The notes beneath the pieces are model-generated. The model saw nothing but the letters and a program-made list of their open reading frames with translations, did no database searches and was not told where the DNA came from. Shown in pieces: positions 49,573 to 60,221 of a stretch of DNA of 64,000 bases. The position numbers and the translations under genes are program-made. Positions within the stretch are counted from its first letter, which is position 1, and each line of letters begins with the position of its first letter. The DNA comes from Alphaproteobacteria bacterium (GTDB lineage Bacteria; Pseudomonadota; Alphaproteobacteria; MPNO01): positions 1,536,001 through 1,600,000 of the forward strand of contig OZ219866.1 of NCBI GenBank assembly GCA_964291675.2. Direction: 5' to 3'.

Positions 49573-50170
49573 GGGGATTATATGCCTGAGTGCCCCGCGC
49601 GTCATTTGTACGCCATCCAGATGACGGCACCGACGACGACGGCAATGACGATCAGGACGGTCGTGAGGACGGCTTTCCAGAAGAACGCGATCAGAAACCC
49701 GGCGATCTTGCGGATGCTCGGGTCGCGGATGTAGGGCCGTAGGAGTTCCTCGACGACAATCGCTAGCGTTGACTGGCGGGAGCGTCTCCCCATTCAGCGC
49801 GGGCCAGACGGGGACTGGGGCGCTTCCTCACCTTTGATGGGCTCCCGGCGTTTCGCTCCGACCGCCTGCACCGAGCCCGCGAGCTGGTCGAGCGTCGCGT
49901 CGATCACGAGGTACTCTTCCATCTCGACCTTCGTCGCCTGATGCTAGTTCGGCGGCTTCCGTCGCGTCGCGCCCTTGTCTCTGACATCGCGCCCTCCGTT
50001 TGTCGCTTCATATTATAGTGACCGCACCGCTGGCCTTGCAGCAGTCCAGCGGCTACGTCTTCCCCAGCAAACGCGCAAGTTGCGATCCCGCTCTGCCGGG
50101 TCGCCATCTGGATACAACAGCCCTTGACCCGGCGGGGATCGCTCCCGCGCGCGGCGAATATGCGGGGAAC
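49573..50170 (-). mobile_element. Truncated arm of a second IS1595 cargo element
   Basis: IR GGGGATTATATGCCTGAGTGCC (49573-49594); small TM ORF 49602-49793; decayed copy of the 48163 gene and of the 47745-47915 leader. Confidence 0.7.
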
Positions 50171-50297
50171 GCACACGCCACTTAAGACGTTTGCAACGGC
50201 CCGGCTCTATCGCCGGGGCCGGGTGACACAGCGGGAGAGGGGCATGCGCAGAGTGTGCGGGGTGCTTACTGCGTTCGTGGTCAGTGGTAGTTTGATC

Positions 50298-51080
50298 TCA
50301 TTCGCTGCCGTCATGCCGAGGCACCAGACCACGCCAGGCAGCAAACTCGCGGCCCGACCTGAAGGCGTCGGGATCGCCCATCGCAGCAACGGCGGCCGTC
50401 GCGGTCAGCACGCCCACGCCCGGAATCTCTGCGATCCGCCGGCTGGCAGCATTGCCGCGGTGCCACAGAGAGATCCGCCGCTCGATCTCGCCGATCTCCT
50501 CGTCGGGGTTGCCGACCCGCGCCCACTGTTCGCGTAGCGTGTCGATCACCATTGCCGGCAGACGCTCCGAGATCCTCTCGAGCGCCTCGGCCATGTCTCG
50601 GCGCATCCCCGCCCGGCCCTGCGGCATCACCTCGCCGTATTCGGTCAGAAGACCGCGCAGCCCGTTGATCTGCGCGGTGCGGAACTTCACAAGCTGCTGG
50701 CGCATCCGGTGCAGCGCCAGGATCGCCTGCTGCTCCTCGCTCTTCACGGCAACAGTCTTGATGCCCGACATCTGCGCCGCCGTCCAGATCGCCTGCGCGT
50801 CGTGCGCGTCTTTCTTGTTGCCGGCCACAAAGGGCCGAACCGCTTTCGCCGGCAACAGCCAGGGGTCGTGACCGAGCTCCCGAAGCCGGCGCGCCCAGTG
50901 TTGCGAGCCGCTGCACGCCTCCATCGCGACCACGCACGGCACACGGTTGGCGAAGTGCTCCAGAAACTTGGACCGCGTCAGCTTCAGGTCCACAACCTCG
51001 CCGGTCTCCATATCGACCCAGTGCAACTGGAACACACGCTTCGCCGTATTCACCCCGACGACGGTTCTGTTAGTCTTCAT
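50298..51080 (-). pseudogene. Truncated IS110-family recombinase
   Basis: VGVNTAK (catalytic D replaced by N), MEAC, KKDAHDA, IPGVG, GLVP then stop. Confidence 0.85.
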
Positions 51081-51208
51081 CTCGGACTCTCCGGTTTGCC
51101 TGCGAAGAGCTTGCTCTTCCCACTTGGCACTCTGATGCCCTCGGCCCGAGAGGGTCCACCTCAATTCTCCCGCCTTCCAACATCAGGGGTGGGAGGCGTC
51201 CACCCCAT

Positions 51209-51269
51209 TTCCTTCGTCAGACGGCGGAATACACCTTAACGAACTGTCCGATTTTCCGGGGCCACCTCA
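51209..51269 (-). mobile_element. Isolated IS3-family left end
   Basis: TGAGGTGGCCCCGGAAAATCGGACAG.. nearly identical to 61118-61178. Confidence 0.75.
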
Positions 51270-51320
51270 GGCGTCTGGGGAGCATGGCTCGACCGGTCGG
51301 CCAGTATAGGAGGAAAACCG

Positions 51321-51509
51321 ATGAAGAGACTGGTAGCAGCCTCCGCCGTGGTATCGCTCGCCTTGTTGACCGTTTGCGGCGGAGGCGGAGGGAGCGACAC
51401 GCCGGCCATGGTGGAGCCCCCGCCTGCCAGCCAGGTTCGCGTGATCGACGCGGACACGGTCGACGTCGATGGTCCGGGAAGCGGTTCCCGATCGAAATGG
51501 AAGAGTTAG
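51321..51509 (+). pseudogene. Lipoprotein/thermonuclease N-terminal fragment
   Basis: Signal peptide + CGGGGG, then VRVIDADTVDVDG (SNase-like start). Confidence 0.55.
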
Positions 51510-52078
51510 CAGGCCGTATCGCCCGTTGCCGCTCCAGTATTGGGCGATGATTCCGGTGACTCGTCCGCTGAAGTCGTCTCAGTGACGGGCTCCGAGGCGA
51601 CTTCCTCGGTCTCTGTATTGGTCGGCGTTTGGGAGGTTGACGCCTCGTCGGCGCCCGCTTCGGTCGCCACATGGAACCAGCGTCCGTCTTTCTGTTCGTA
51701 CTTGCCTTGTTTCCCCCCGTTCCGCAATTCGGTTCGGATCGAGGGAAGCTTGATCAGACGCTCCATGTCGTCGTTCGCGCGGGTCAGAATTTCCTGCGGC
51801 GTCTGCCCCGGATGGTCGCGCAATGCCCGCTCGACGAAGCGAGGCACCGAACCCTTTGGAGCCCTCTTGCGCCCGCTGGATCTGCGCTTCCCTGCGGACG
51901 CCGATTTCGCGGATGTTCCGTGGGCTGCCTTCGGGTCGCCGCGCTTCTGCGTTGGCGCACCAAGAAGGTTCAGCAATTCCGACCTGGCGTCGGCTTTACC
52001 GCGCGCATAGGCGTCGGCCTCGATCTCGGCAATGATGGTCGACAGTCTGTCAGCGGTGCTCGCCGGAGCTCTCGCCAT
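51506..52078 (-). CDS. Hypothetical protein, possible winged-helix DNA-binding
   Basis: N-terminal helix, basic linker RAPKGSV, wHTH-like block, acidic tail. Confidence 0.55.
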   Translation of the reverse strand: MARAPASTADRLSTIIAEIEADAYARGKADARSELLNLLGAPTQKRGDPKAAHGTSAKSASAGKRRSSGRKRAPKGSVPRFVERALRDHPGQTPQEILTRANDDMERLIKLPSIRTELRNGGKQGKYEQKDGRWFHVATEAGADEASTSQTPTNTETEEVASEPVTETTSADESPESSPNTGAATGDTAC

Positions 52079-52209
52079 GGCTTGTTTCTCCATTCGGTAA
52101 GGCAGAAATGTCCGCTAATGGACCTGCGGCACGCCGTAGCATATTCGCGGATGCCTCGGACGCAAGTTGCCGGTGAAATCGTATTGGCGAAACAGGTTTC
52201 GAGCACTAG

Positions 52210-53824
52210 CCGCATCTATTCGTGACAGGTCGATTAAATCGGTTGGTTTTCGGGCGCACAGGCGCCGCGGTTCGGCACCGTAATGGTGCCGGTTTATGAG
52301 GTTGTCGGTGTCGGGGTTGAGGATTGAACGGGCTCGGGTTCGCGGGGCACGCCGCCCCGGCGGTCAGGGTCCCGAGGTCGCGAACCGGCCCGCCAGCATG
52401 CGGAACAGGGCGGCGTCGGGGCAGGCCGAGGCGAGGTGGATGCGGACGCGGGCGGCCTTCTCCACCACCCGGGCGCCGATCTTGAGCAGGCGTTGGCGGA
52501 TGGTGGCGAACTCGGCCCAGGCGAGGTCCATCCTGCGCGGCACGGCATCGCGCAGCGCGAGCATCAGCCAGTAGGCGGCGGTGTGCAGCACCAGCCGGAA
52601 CTGGTTGGCGAGCGGGCTCTGGCAGGAGGTGCGGTCGGAGGCGAGCTGGGCCTTGTGCTGCTTGATCAGGTTCTCCGCCTGGCCGCGGGCGCAGTAGATC
52701 CCCTCGTAGAGATGGCGGGGCTCGCCGGTGAGCGAGGTGACGATATAGCGCGCGTCGAAGCCGCGGGTCGTCGCCTCGAGCCGGGCGACGACGCGGCGCT
52801 GGCGGTCCCACGAGCCGGCGGCGTAATCGAAGTCGGCGAAGTCGCGCACCTTGTCGGCGCCGGTCTCGGCGTGGCGGAGCTCGACGTCGTCGGCGGTCTC
52901 GTCGGCGAGGGCGTGCAGCACCGCGTTCCCCGCCAGGCCGAAGATGTAGTCGACGCCGTTGTCCTCGCACCACGCCATCGCCTCGGTCCGGCCGTAGTGG
53001 CTGTCGCCCCGAAAGGTGAGCCGGGTGCGCGGCCAGTGGCGGCGGATCCGCCGCGTCAGGTGCTTCAGCATGGTGCGGACCTCGATCCCCGAGGGCGTCT
53101 TGCCCGGGCGCAGGAGGACCGCCACCGGCTTGCCGCTCTCGACATGGTAGACGTGCACCGGCAGGAAGCAGCGCATGTCGTAGAAGCCGTGGAACAGCGA
53201 CAGTTGCTGATGGCCGTGCACCGCGTCGCAGGTCTCGTCGATGTCGAGCGTGATCGCCGTCGGCGGGGTCGGGAAGGAGCGGCAGAAGATGTCGACCAGC
53301 GCGGCCGTCAGGCGGCCCACCTCGCTGAGCGAGGGCGCGTTCTCCAGACGGCTCATGGTCGGTTGGGAGCAGAGATCGCGGCCGCTCTCCGGCGCCCGGC
53401 CGACCGCCAGCTTGAACAGCGGATCGGCCCTCAGGTCGTCGCAATCGTCGGCGTCCTCGTAGCCGCAGGCGATCGCGAACATCCGGAAGCGCAGCATCGC
53501 CGGCAGCGTGTGCACCGTCCGCGCCGGGTCGCGCCAGTCCCGGATGCAGCCGGCCAGCGTCTCGGCCAGCCCGAGCCGACGCTCCGCCGCGCGCAGCAGC
53601 ACAAGCCCGCCGTCCGACGAGATCGACCCGCCGGCAAAATCGGCGGTCACTTTCTTGCGTTGTACGGCTGGCAGATCGAATGGGAGAAGGCTATCTTCGG
53701 TCATGGCGGGCGTGGCGCTTTCGTGGCTTCGGCAGAAATCCGCAGGCAAACGAATTTCTACCCGAATCCAACGGGTTACGTCACGCTCGCCACCATCTCA
53801 CCTGGCCATCATGAATAAAGCGGG
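52210..53824 (-). mobile_element. IS1380-family element
   Basis: Imperfect IRs CCGCATCTATTCGTGA / CCCGCTTTATTCATGA; CTAG duplicated at 52206-52209 and 53825-53828. Confidence 0.85.
52364..53704 (-). CDS. IS1380 transposase
   Basis: SSDGG, GYEDADD, SQPTMSRLEN, LDID, RGDS, YCARGQAENLIK. Confidence 0.93.
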   Translation of the reverse strand: MTEDSLLPFDLPAVQRKKVTADFAGGSISSDGGLVLLRAAERRLGLAETLAGCIRDWRDPARTVHTLPAMLRFRMFAIACGYEDADDCDDLRADPLFKLAVGRAPESGRDLCSQPTMSRLENAPSLSEVGRLTAALVDIFCRSFPTPPTAITLDIDETCDAVHGHQQLSLFHGFYDMRCFLPVHVYHVESGKPVAVLLRPGKTPSGIEVRTMLKHLTRRIRRHWPRTRLTFRGDSHYGRTEAMAWCEDNGVDYIFGLAGNAVLHALADETADDVELRHAETGADKVRDFADFDYAAGSWDRQRRVVARLEATTRGFDARYIVTSLTGEPRHLYEGIYCARGQAENLIKQHKAQLASDRTSCQSPLANQFRLVLHTAAYWLMLALRDAVPRRMDLAWAEFATIRQRLLKIGARVVEKAARVRIHLASACPDAALFRMLAGRFATSGP

Positions 53825-54130
53825 CTAGCGATTGTCCGCTGGCTACACCGAGCGGTTTCCCTACCGCGCGCTCGATCGTAGGCGTAAGCTCAGCGGTACT
53901 CACGAACGATGCGGTAGCGCAAGTGTTCCGGGCAGAGCCGGGAATTTACCCGGAGCGAATCCCTCCGGGGCCGGTCGCGTGCGTTCGCAGCCGTTTCACC
54001 TCGGCTCACTTGGATTGGAACAATTAGATTCGATCGTCCGGCCATTGCTTCGCCAGGATTGTCCTTCTACACAATGACCCATGCCCGAGCGTATCTACAC
54101 CTCGGCCCCGAGCGGCAAGCTCGAAGCATT

Positions 54131-55393
54131 TGATTCTCCCCCATTGGATTGGTCCACCCCTAGGTTTGGGAATGAGGAGGACCGATCATGGCAAGGAAGC
54201 GCTACAAGCCTGAGGAGATCGTGAGCCTGCTGCGGCAGGCCGAGGTTCTGCACGGCCAGGGCCTGTCGATAGCGGACGCGATCCGGCAGCTCGGGATCAG
54301 CGAGGTCACGTTTTACCGGTGGCGCAAGGAGTATGGCGGGATGAGCGGCGACCAGTTGCGTCGTCTCAAGGAGCTCGAGAAGGAGAACGATCGGCTGCGC
54401 CGGGCGGTCTCGGATCTGACGCTGGACAAGCAGATCCTCAAGGAGGCCGCGCGGGGAAAATTCTGAGCCCCTCGCGCCGCCGCCCGTGTATCGACCATGT
54501 TCGTGACCGTCTCGGGGTCTCTCAGCGTCGGGCCTGTCGGGTGCTGGGACAGCACCGCTCGACCCGGCGTCGCATCCCGCGCGGCCGTGACGACGAGGAC
54601 CGCCTGGTCACGGACATGATCGCACTGGCCCGCCAGTACGGCCGTTACGGCTATCGGCGGATCGCCGCCCTGCTGCGCGACGCCGGCTGGCAGGTCAACG
54701 ACAAGCGGGTCGAGCGCCTGTGGCGGCGCGAGGGGCTAAAGGTGCCGGGAAAACAGCCGAAACGGGGCCGGCTCTGGCTGAACGACGGCTCTTGGATCCG
54801 CCTGCGCGCCGAGCGGGCGAGCCATGTCTGGTCCTACGACTTCGTACATCACCGGACCGATGGCGGTCGCGCCTTCCGCATGCTCAACGTGCTGGACGAG
54901 TTCACCCGGGAGAGTCTGGCCATCCGGATCCGGCGCAAGCTCTCCTCCACCGACGTCGTCGACGTCCTGACCGACCTGTTCCTCCTGCGCGGCGTTCCAG
55001 CCTACATCCGCTCCGACAACGAACCGGAGTTCGTCGCCGAGGCGGTCAGGCGGTGGATCGCCGCGGTGGGCGCCCGCACCGCCGTCATCGAGCCGGGATC
55101 GCCTTGGGAGAACGTTTACATCGAGAGCTTCAACGCCAGGCTCCGCGACGAGCTCCTTAACGGGGAGATCTTCTACACCCTGAAGGAAGCCCAGGTTCTC
55201 ATCGAATCATGGCGGCACCATTACAACGCCGTGTGTCCGCATAGCAGCCTGGGATACCGGCCGCCGGACCCGGAAACGATCGTCTTGCCAAGCTGGCCGC
55301 CCGGCTCCGCTACGCTCCGCCGGGCGGCCAGCTTGGCGGAGAAATCGTCAATGCACTAACATTCGAAAAGGACCAGTCGGTGGGGGCCGGTCA
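54131..55393 (+). mobile_element. IS3-family element (orfA 54188-54466; orfB to 55359 by -1 frameshift)
   Basis: TG..CA ends; HTH orfA; G/A run at the orfA end; YGYRR, WSYDF, SDNEPEF (usual G replaced by E), ESFN. No TSD seen. Confidence 0.9.
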
Positions 55394-55724
55394 TCCTGCC
55401 CGTCCGGGTGCTCACCTGTTTCCTCGCAACCCTGAACATACGGCACCCCCTCGACAATCAGCTCGCCGCTGGCCTCGCCAAAGCGGTACCCGGTGCGCTC
55501 GTCGATTGCAGCTAGCGTACGGTCAAGGGCGAGGTGAAGACGGCGAAGGCGCCGCTCAACGCAAACAAGGCTCCCCCGAACGGTCTGTCATTTCTCGACC
55601 AGCCTGCCGATTTCGAGACGCTTTTCGTCGTCCGTCATGCTGTCTCTCCCGCTTGGTTACTCTAATGTAATGGCGGGATTGCAGCATTCAAGCGGGATTT
55701 GTTACTCTACTAGCTACGCTCCGT

Positions 55725-56633
55725 TCATTTGGGCGCCTTCCCGAAGGTGAGGCCGCTGGCATATTGGACCGTGAATTCCGCGTAACCGTTACTGGTGCGT
55801 TTGAGATGGTCCCGGACGAGGCGATGCAGCTCGGGCAGCCGGAAAAACGGCACCATCGGCATCGTGTGGTGTTCGATGTGATAAGGCATGTTCCAGGTAA
55901 CGAAGCGGACGATACGATTTGTGAACACGGTGCGGGAATTCTCGAACATGTCTCCGACAGCGGGGCAGAGACCGTGTTCGGCCAGGTGATACAGCCGGAG
56001 AACCGGGAATCCGATGACCAGCGGTGCCAGCCACACCCAGACGAGCACGGGCGAGATCCAGATGGAAAAAACCAGCAAACCGGCATAAAGCACGATCGAG
56101 ATTCGCGCTTCGGCTCGTACCCCTTCCCGTGCATTTTCCGGCACGAAGTCGTCGAAGACTTCGCCACGCGCATTCGAAATCAGCAGAAGCACCTTGTTCT
56201 TCCAGTAGATGGGCGCCAGCGCGTAAACCGCATATTGACCCAGGGTCTCCGGCTTCGGTTTGCCCACCAATTCAGGATCCCGTTCCGGATCGTTGGTGAA
56301 CCGGTGATGTTCCAGGTGAAAACAGCGGAACCAAAGGAAGGGCTGAACAATCAGGAATCCGGCGACCCAGCCGGCGCATTCGTTGATCCAATCGGTCCTG
56401 AACGGGGACTTGTGCGTGCACTCATGCTCGAGATTGAAAAGGAAGGCCAACAGGATCCCGAGCGGCACCATCAAAAACGGCCAGCCGGCCACCTGCAAGC
56501 CGATCGGCACGGCAAACAGGAAAACCAGAAACGTGTAGATGGCGAGGTGCCGCAGGGCCGGCCCGTCCTTCTGTTCGGAAAGCGCCTTTCGCTCGGCCCT
56601 GGAGAGAGATCTCACGAATTGTGCGTGGTCCAT
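55725..56633 (-). CDS. Membrane fatty-acid-desaturase-family di-iron enzyme
   Basis: His boxes HECTH, HLEHH, HIEHH. Confidence 0.88.
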   Translation of the reverse strand: MDHAQFVRSLSRAERKALSEQKDGPALRHLAIYTFLVFLFAVPIGLQVAGWPFLMVPLGILLAFLFNLEHECTHKSPFRTDWINECAGWVAGFLIVQPFLWFRCFHLEHHRFTNDPERDPELVGKPKPETLGQYAVYALAPIYWKNKVLLLISNARGEVFDDFVPENAREGVRAEARISIVLYAGLLVFSIWISPVLVWVWLAPLVIGFPVLRLYHLAEHGLCPAVGDMFENSRTVFTNRIVRFVTWNMPYHIEHHTMPMVPFFRLPELHRLVRDHLKRTSNGYAEFTVQYASGLTFGKAPK

Positions 56634-56645
56634 CTCCCGCAGTCC

Positions 56646-57812
56646 CTACATCGTCCGCGGCAACCAGAGCGCGATGGCGGAAAACAGGATTACGAGAGTG
56701 AGCCTCACAAAGTCGGCAAGCAGGAATGAAACGATCCCCCGGAATATCGTGCCGAGCGGGATATCGCGCCGGACGCCATGCGTGACGAAGACGTTGATGC
56801 CGATGGGCGGCGTGATGATGCTGATCTCGATCACCATGATCATCACGACGCCCCACCAGATGGGGTCGTAGCCCAGGCCGTCGGTCACCAGGGGAAAGAC
56901 GAAGGGTAGCATTATGATCATCGCGGCGACCAAATCGAATATCGCTCCGAGGCCAGTATAGATGGCGGCCAGCACGAATATGATCGCAAGCGCGGGCAGG
57001 CCGAGACCGACGACCCAGTCCACCAGCGCGGCGGGCAACCTGGTGATGGCGATGAAGTTGGAGAATATGTGAGCCCCGATCAGGATCGTGTAGAGCAGGC
57101 CCACATTGCTCGCCGTCTCGCCGATCGTCCGGAAGAACGAATCGCGGTTCAACTTGCCGCGGGCGACGGCAAACGCGAAGGCGATCAGCGTGCCCGCCGC
57201 GGCCGCCTCGATGACGGTGAATACGCCGCCATAGAGCCCGGCCGTCATGATCAGGATGATGGAAACGATACCCCAGCTGCTTGCCGCGGTCCTTGCGATC
57301 TGTTTCCAGCTCTGCCTCGGCCCGTCCGGCGCCAGCGACGGGTTGCGCCTTACGACGATCTGAATGGCGGCGATCGAGCCCGCGCCCAGGCTCTCCGCAT
57401 ATCCCCGCCGTTCCATTTCCGGGAGCGGGATGCGCGCCATTGTCGCGGTCGTCGCGATCGACGATCCGCAGGCGGCGCCGAAACCGCCACAGCCGGCGAC
57501 GGTCGCCATTGCCAGCCCGCCACGGCGATGCCCGAACAGGGAGTTCGCAAGGTGGTAGAGGTCGCTCGCCAGCCCCGACACGCCGGCGAAAGAGCCCATG
57601 AGGAGGAACATCGGGATGATGATCAGGTGAGGGCTGGAAATCGCGGTCGCGGTTTCCGATCCAAACATCGAAACCGCGGCGAGAGGGTTTCCCGTCATGA
57701 TCGAGAAACCCGCCACCCCGGCGATCGCCATGGCCATGCCGACGGGAACGTGAACCGCGATCAGCGACAGCATCCCGAGGAACGACAAGAGCCCGATCGT
57801 GATTGGGTCCAC
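56646..57812 (-). CDS. TRAP large permease DctM, probably internally deleted
   Basis: IPMFLLMG, GSSIAT, ITPPIG; the usual GGTLGILIPPS segment is absent after GSIAA. Confidence 0.8.
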   Translation of the reverse strand: MDPITIGLLSFLGMLSLIAVHVPVGMAMAIAGVAGFSIMTGNPLAAVSMFGSETATAISSPHLIIIPMFLLMGSFAGVSGLASDLYHLANSLFGHRRGGLAMATVAGCGGFGAACGSSIATTATMARIPLPEMERRGYAESLGAGSIAAIQIVVRRNPSLAPDGPRQSWKQIARTAASSWGIVSIILIMTAGLYGGVFTVIEAAAAGTLIAFAFAVARGKLNRDSFFRTIGETASNVGLLYTILIGAHIFSNFIAITRLPAALVDWVVGLGLPALAIIFVLAAIYTGLGAIFDLVAAMIIMLPFVFPLVTDGLGYDPIWWGVVMIMVIEISIITPPIGINVFVTHGVRRDIPLGTIFRGIVSFLLADFVRLTLVILFSAIALWLPRTM

Positions 57813-58348
57813 TATCGTCGATTATCCTCGCCTATATCCTGGAACCCCGCTTCCGAGCTTGCCAGAGGGCGGTCGTGCCTGAAATTCCCGAAGACGCCGA
57901 AGACCACGAATGCATGGACCGGCAGACACAACGCCAGCAGCAAGGTCGAAGGGATCCAGCTCGGCCAGATCGGAATATGCAGGAGCCAGGAGAATTGTTG
58001 ATGCTCGACCAGCGTCCAGGTGTAGCGCCCGACCTCCCAGACGATCCCGGCCATGACGAGCAGGGCGGCGAGCTGGCCGAAGAGCTCCACCAGCTGACCG
58101 GCCCGATTTCTCAGCGCCCGCCCCGGGAAACGGATCGATATGTTTTGCATTCCGGCGAGCGTCAGCGGAAAGCAGGACGCCACGATGACCGGCGTCAGAA
58201 CTTCCAGAAGATCGCTCAGGCCGTAAATCGGCGTATTCAGGGCGGTGCGCGTCAGCGCGTCGGCCAGAATGGCGCCGGAAATCAACAGCAGGCAGATCAA
58301 CCCGAGGACCGCCGAATATTTTCCGGCGGTCCCGATCAATCGGATCAT
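57812..58348 (-). CDS. TRAP small permease DctQ
   Basis: Four TM segments, adjacent to dctM. Confidence 0.8.
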   Translation of the reverse strand: MIRLIGTAGKYSAVLGLICLLLISGAILADALTRTALNTPIYGLSDLLEVLTPVIVASCFPLTLAGMQNISIRFPGRALRNRAGQLVELFGQLAALLVMAGIVWEVGRYTWTLVEHQQFSWLLHIPIWPSWIPSTLLLALCLPVHAFVVFGVFGNFRHDRPLASSEAGFQDIGEDNRR

Positions 58349-58789
58349 CGACCGGCCCCCACGCGCTTTCCCTGAATGCCCGGGCGCCGGTCAGCGTAGC
58401 CCAAACCCTATTTCGAGTCTCGCGCCTCCTCGATCGCGGCTAACACCTCCCGGGATCGTGTCCCGAGCCGTGGTGTAAGAGCCTGGCGGCGATTGCGGTA
58501 ACCGGCGGGCAGAGCCGGTTCGCTCAGGCTGCCGCGGCGGGCAGGTTGACGGTGAGATTGTCGCTCACGGGAGCGATCGATTCCAGCGTCATGTATCTCC
58601 TTGCAACGGCCCATTCGTCGTTCTGCTCGAGCAGGATCGCGCCGACCAGGCGTGTGATGGCGTCCTCGTTGGGGAAGATGCCGACGACGTTGGTGCGGCG
58701 CTTGATCTCGGCATGGAGCCGCTCGATCGGGTTGGTAACCGGTATGAAGATGTCGGTGTCGCGTCCCCGGCCTGATTCTTGGGTGTCTG

Positions 58790-58960
58790 GCCTATGGTGC
58801 GACCATCCGGGACAGAGGCACCGGGAGCACGAAGGTGCGGGCAGGCCGATCTATTCGATGAGCTGCGAGCTCGTGTTAGTAGCTGGCCGCCTCTGCGACT
58901 CGCCCGGTTGCGCCGAGAGCGCGGATCCGTAGGTGTCGTGTTGCCCGCTGCTCCCGTCAC
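58790..58960 (+). ncRNA. Putative bridge RNA
   Basis: Two consecutive hairpin-split internal loops (58844-58888, 58895-58939) matching target and donor; boundaries approximate. Confidence 0.65.
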
Positions 58961-58982
58961 TTTGACAGAGGAGGGAGCGCGC

Positions 58983-60221
58983 ATGCGACGTGTCATCGGC
59001 ATCGACCTGCACCGGACCTTCGGGGAGGTGGTGATCTGGGAGGGCGGGGGCTTGCGGCACGCGGGCCGGATCGACATGACCCGTTCCGGGTTGGAGGGCT
59101 TCGGCAAGAGCCTGCGAGCGACGGATGAGGTGGTGATCGAGGCGACGGGGAACTGCGTTGCGGTCTCCCGCGTCTTGTCGCCTTTCGTGAAGCGGGTGGC
59201 GATCGCCAATCCGCTGCAGGTCAAGGCAATTGCGCACGCCCATGTGAAGACCGACAAGGTCGACGCGGGGACGCTGGCGAGCCTGTACGCGGCGGGCTAT
59301 CTGCCGGAGATCTGGACACCGGACGCGGAGACCGAGCGGCTGCGCCGACTGGTGGCGCGGCGCTACCAGGTGGTGCGGCACAGGACGCGGCTCAAGAACG
59401 AGGTGCATGCGATCCTGCATGCCCACCTGATCCCCAAATGCCCGCACGCGGACCTGTTCAACCGACGCGGCCGGGCGTGGTTGTCGCGCCAGCCCGTTCC
59501 CGACGACGAGCGCGCCGCGATCGAGCGGCACATCCGCGAGCTTGATCGCCTGGCCGAGGATCTCGACCTGCTCGACCGCGAGATCGCGGAGGGTGCGCTG
59601 GACGATCCGGCGGTCAAGCGGCTGATGACGATCACCGGCGTCAATCTCATCGTCGCGGCGGGGCTGATGGCGGCGATCGGCGACATCGCCCGCTTCTCCA
59701 GCCCGCAGAAGCTGGTGAGCTACTTCGGCCTCAACCCGCGTGTGCGTCAGTCCGGTCTCGGCGCCGCTCATCACGGGCGGATCAGCAAGATCGGCCGCAG
59801 CCATGCCCGGGCGATGCTGGTCGAGGCCGCCTGGGCGGCGGCCAAGACACCGGGGCCCCTGCACGCCTTCTTCGTCCGCATCCGCGCCCGGCGCGGCCAC
59901 CAGGTCGCCGCCGTGGCCGTCGCGCGCAAGCTGGCCGTGCTGTGCTGGCACATGCTCAGCAAGGAAGAAGACTATCACTGGGCACGCCCGGCGCTGGTTG
60001 CCAACAAGCTGCGCGCCATGGAACTGCGGGCTGGACGGCCTCAGCAGAAGGGCAACTGCCGCGGGCCCGCCTACGCCTACAACGTCAAGGCCCTGCGCGA
60101 ACAGGAGATGCAACTCGCCCGGCAGGCCGAACTGAGCTACGAACGCTTCGTCGCCGCGTGGCGCCCGCGACCGCCAAGGGAGCGGGCGCGCGGACGCCTC
60201 AACCCGGCAAGGCCCGAATGA
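58983..60221 (+). CDS. IS110-family recombinase
   Basis: IGIDLH, IEATG, KTDKVDA, GLNP..QSG; RBS GAGGAGG. Confidence 0.95.
   Translation: MRRVIGIDLHRTFGEVVIWEGGGLRHAGRIDMTRSGLEGFGKSLRATDEVVIEATGNCVAVSRVLSPFVKRVAIANPLQVKAIAHAHVKTDKVDAGTLASLYAAGYLPEIWTPDAETERLRRLVARRYQVVRHRTRLKNEVHAILHAHLIPKCPHADLFNRRGRAWLSRQPVPDDERAAIERHIRELDRLAEDLDLLDREIAEGALDDPAVKRLMTITGVNLIVAAGLMAAIGDIARFSSPQKLVSYFGLNPRVRQSGLGAAHHGRISKIGRSHARAMLVEAAWAAAKTPGPLHAFFVRIRARRGHQVAAVAVARKLAVLCWHMLSKEEDYHWARPALVANKLRAMELRAGRPQQKGNCRGPAYAYNVKALREQEMQLARQAELSYERFVAAWRPRPPRERARGRLNPARPE

Noticed and set aside
33575-49990. Repeated in-frame TAG codons (BON, IS1595 transposase, lipoprotein, 49945) as amber recoding
   Set aside because: Core genes here (petA, mtnA) end in TAG, and affected genes also show frameshifts or truncation, which fits decay.
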